Shown: in pieces, positions 46,801 to 47,760 of the stretch
Numbering within the stretch: the first letter of the stretch is position 1
Layout of the letters: each line of letters opens with the position of its first letter
Source of the DNA: Tricharina praecox
Lineage: Eukaryota
DNA length: 47,760 nt
NCBI RefSeq assembly: GCF_024521635.1
Contig: NW_026250410.1
Coordinates: forward strand, 1,240,001 to 1,287,760
Reading direction: 5' to 3'
Translations under genes and position numbers: made by a program
The notes under the pieces: generated by a model
Databases searched by the model: none
The model's input: only the letters and a program-made list of their open reading frames with translations
Told to the model about the DNA's origin: nothing

Positions 46801-47615
46801 TCCACCCACAGACGGATGGACAAACTGAACGCCTCAACCAGACGATTGAAGCATACCTCCGCTCCTTCGTCAACTACGAACAGAACGATTGGGTGAATCT
46901 CCTACCGATGGCTGAGTTTGCCTACAACAACTCGGTTACATCGGCAACCGGAATGTCGCCCTTCTATGCGAATTTCGGATACCACCCGTCGGCGACAAAC
47001 CCTGCTGCGGCAAATTCTCTCAACCCCGCCAGCAAGGTCTACGCTCACTGGATGCATACAGTCCACGAGGAAAACATCAAGACCCTCGAACGAACGCGCG
47101 AACGAATGCGCAAGTATGCAGATCAACATCGTCAGGAGGCACCGGCTTATCAAGTAGGAGACTTGGTAATGCTCAATGGGCGGAACATTCAAACCCGCCG
47201 ACCCTCGCGGAAGTTGGACCACAAGAACCATGGTCCCTTCCAAATCGAGAAGATCGTATCGCCGCTCGCTGTCAAGCTCACTCTGCCAAGGAAGTGGAAG
47301 ATTCATAATGTCTTTCACGTCTCGCTCGTTGAACCGTTCCGAGCCGGCACCCGAGCACCACCGGATCCCTCTCAAATCTTACGAGAGGCCGATGATGTGG
47401 AAGGCAACGAAGAATACGACGTCGATGAGGTTATGGGCAGCTCGAAGAAAGGTCGACGAGTGCTCTACCTCGTCAAATGGCTCAACTACCCCGAACGACG
47501 GGACTGGACGAACGAGCCATTCGACAACTTCTCAGTAGGCGGTCGGGAAAAGCTACGCGAGTTTCATCGCAAAAATCCCGATGCGCCGAGGGACTACCGG
47601 CTCACAGATGAGTAA
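43806..47615 (+). CDS. pol: Pol: aspartic protease, reverse transcriptase, RNase H, integrase, chromodomain (expressed as a Gag-Pol fusion)
   Basis: LLDTGC (PR); LCVDYRGIN, MPFGLTNAPATFQ, YIDD (RT); ESDASDFALGAVL, DALSR (RH); H..AGH...CAQC, MDF, SDRD, GQTERLN, GPF (IN); YDVDEV...YLVKWLNYP...WTNEP (chromodomain). Confidence 0.97.
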   Translation: MSGPSTPQTGRPSVYVCGTKRPRPQDIDSESRDKRRRTDQPISTSPTAPSASGCEPPKPVSGPRPIIEMMLLWSEHKRRRIRVLLDTGCAIPIIKRSLARELGLPLIQRPKPVEIKDFHGTKVEGAGEYYTMPMLLQHRSHYTNETFEVAPLDDCDAYLPYWWMAKHEPTGLWKNEAQKIRFTSTRCKEQCTLQQATSFPMELDTSVIHNSEARIIGYVSAGPESDPPMNLLPEKFRRYANIMSKEAADKLPDHKSYDHAIDLKEGETPPWGPIYALSEKELEALREWLKEMLQTGKIRRSKSPAWAPILFVPKAHGRGLRLCVDYRGINKITVANRYPLPIMAELQDRVRGAKVFTKIDLKNGYHLIRIKEGDEWKTAFRCRYGLFEFLVMPFGLTNAPATFQDMINHIFRDMLDLGLVAYIDDLLIYAKTHEEHDKIVIEVLKRLEENKLAISPEKCVWSTGRVEFLGYVISQDGIEMAKDKVESVLSWEAPRSLKEVQAFLGFANFYRRFIKDFSKITRPLTESTKEKGKDWRWTAEMELAFEELKSRFTTAPILGHFNPELPVVVESDASDFALGAVLSQRTEDGKLHPVAFHSRKFTPAEINFEIHDKELLAIVDSFKRWRQYLEGAKHQIQVYSDHQNLEYFTTTKVLNRRQARWAQELAGIDFKIYYRPGSQNGKPDALSRRPEYRPEKGGGEDQPITTILHKSHFAGDDSRVSSISTGGESTVFLVSSTRLHSIPVPKWNEEFLGWVRKAGKEDAGYQEALSSIKDTNEDAAQKDTESEGRKAWELAAESRDSGRMGRKARILRMEEGCLYRKERLWVPDDKELVRHILESEHDTKVAGHMGQDKTIELIRRNFWWPKMDEQIIDFVRSCAQCQKDKATRHQPYGLLNPLELPYTPWQSIAMDFITDLPESNGCDQLWVVVDRFTKMAHFIPLPKDGKIAEDLAKIFAREIWRFHGLPADIVSDRDSRFTSGTWKEFIRLLGIKPRMSTAFHPQTDGQTERLNQTIEAYLRSFVNYEQNDWVNLLPMAEFAYNNSVTSATGMSPFYANFGYHPSATNPAAANSLNPASKVYAHWMHTVHEENIKTLERTRERMRKYADQHRQEAPAYQVGDLVMLNGRNIQTRRPSRKLDHKNHGPFQIEKIVSPLAVKLTLPRKWKIHNVFHVSLVEPFRAGTRAPPDPSQILREADDVEGNEEYDVDEVMGSSKKGRRVLYLVKWLNYPERRDWTNEPFDNFSVGGREKLREFHRKNPDAPRDYRLTDE

Positions 47616-47743
47616 GAGTTTTTTCCCATGTGGTTTTTCTCGAACTCGGGCAGGTAGTAGGATGAAGGGGTTGGAGGACTTCATCCACAGTTATCAAGTT
47701 AGGATAAAGGCGAGGACTTGGGTGCTTCGGGCCGAAGCCTCGT

Positions 47744-47754
47744 GGGAGGGGAGA
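47744..47754 (+). other. Polypurine tract
   Basis: GGGAGGGGAGA ~130 nt after the pol stop, at the window end, preceded by hairpin GCTTCG-GGC-CGAAGC (47724-47738). Confidence 0.7.
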
Positions 47755-47760
47755 TGGTTT

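Larger units (their letters stand above)
41077..47760 (+). mobile_element. Ty3/gypsy LTR retrotransposon, chromovirus (Tf1/sushi-like), intact; 3' LTR lies beyond the window
   Basis: 5' LTR, gag, pol in the order PR-RT-RH-IN-chromodomain, and PPT at the window end. No internal stops in 5.8 kb of coding sequence. Confidence 0.97.

Overview
Eukaryotic, intron-rich DNA from a filamentous ascomycete (Pezizomycotina, judged from an esdC homologue, a DUF3433 gene and short GT-AG introns with CTRAY branch points). I assembled eleven host genes by hand from exons: hemerythrin/HHE protein, maltose/galactoside O-acetyltransferase, FAD-dependent monooxygenase, EsdC-like CBM48 protein, secreted alpha/beta hydrolase, tannase-family feruloyl esterase, ACS/DAL5-type MFS transporter, divergent TDT/SLAC1 anion channel, small hydrophilic protein, double-DUF3433 membrane protein and GH43 endo-arabinanase. 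There is also one possible frameshifted pseudogene. The right end holds an intact, un-RIPped Ty3/gypsy chromovirus (5' LTR 41077-41766; window ends at the PPT). It has a tRNA-independent self-priming structure (Tf1-type, four duplexes) and a G_GAU_UUU -1 frameshift followed by an H-type pseudoknot. Intergenic DNA contains a PIF/Harbinger-type MITE (TAA TSD), a hAT-type MITE (8-bp TSD) and a patchwork of dispersed repeats. The least explained feature is a pair of related 115-160 nt units (15098-15259 minus; 19406-19530 plus). They have RNA polymerase III A/B boxes, hairpins that appear conserved in structure, and oligo-T terminators, making them a candidate new Pol III ncRNA or SINE-like family. 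All calls come from reading the sequence; no database searches were run.
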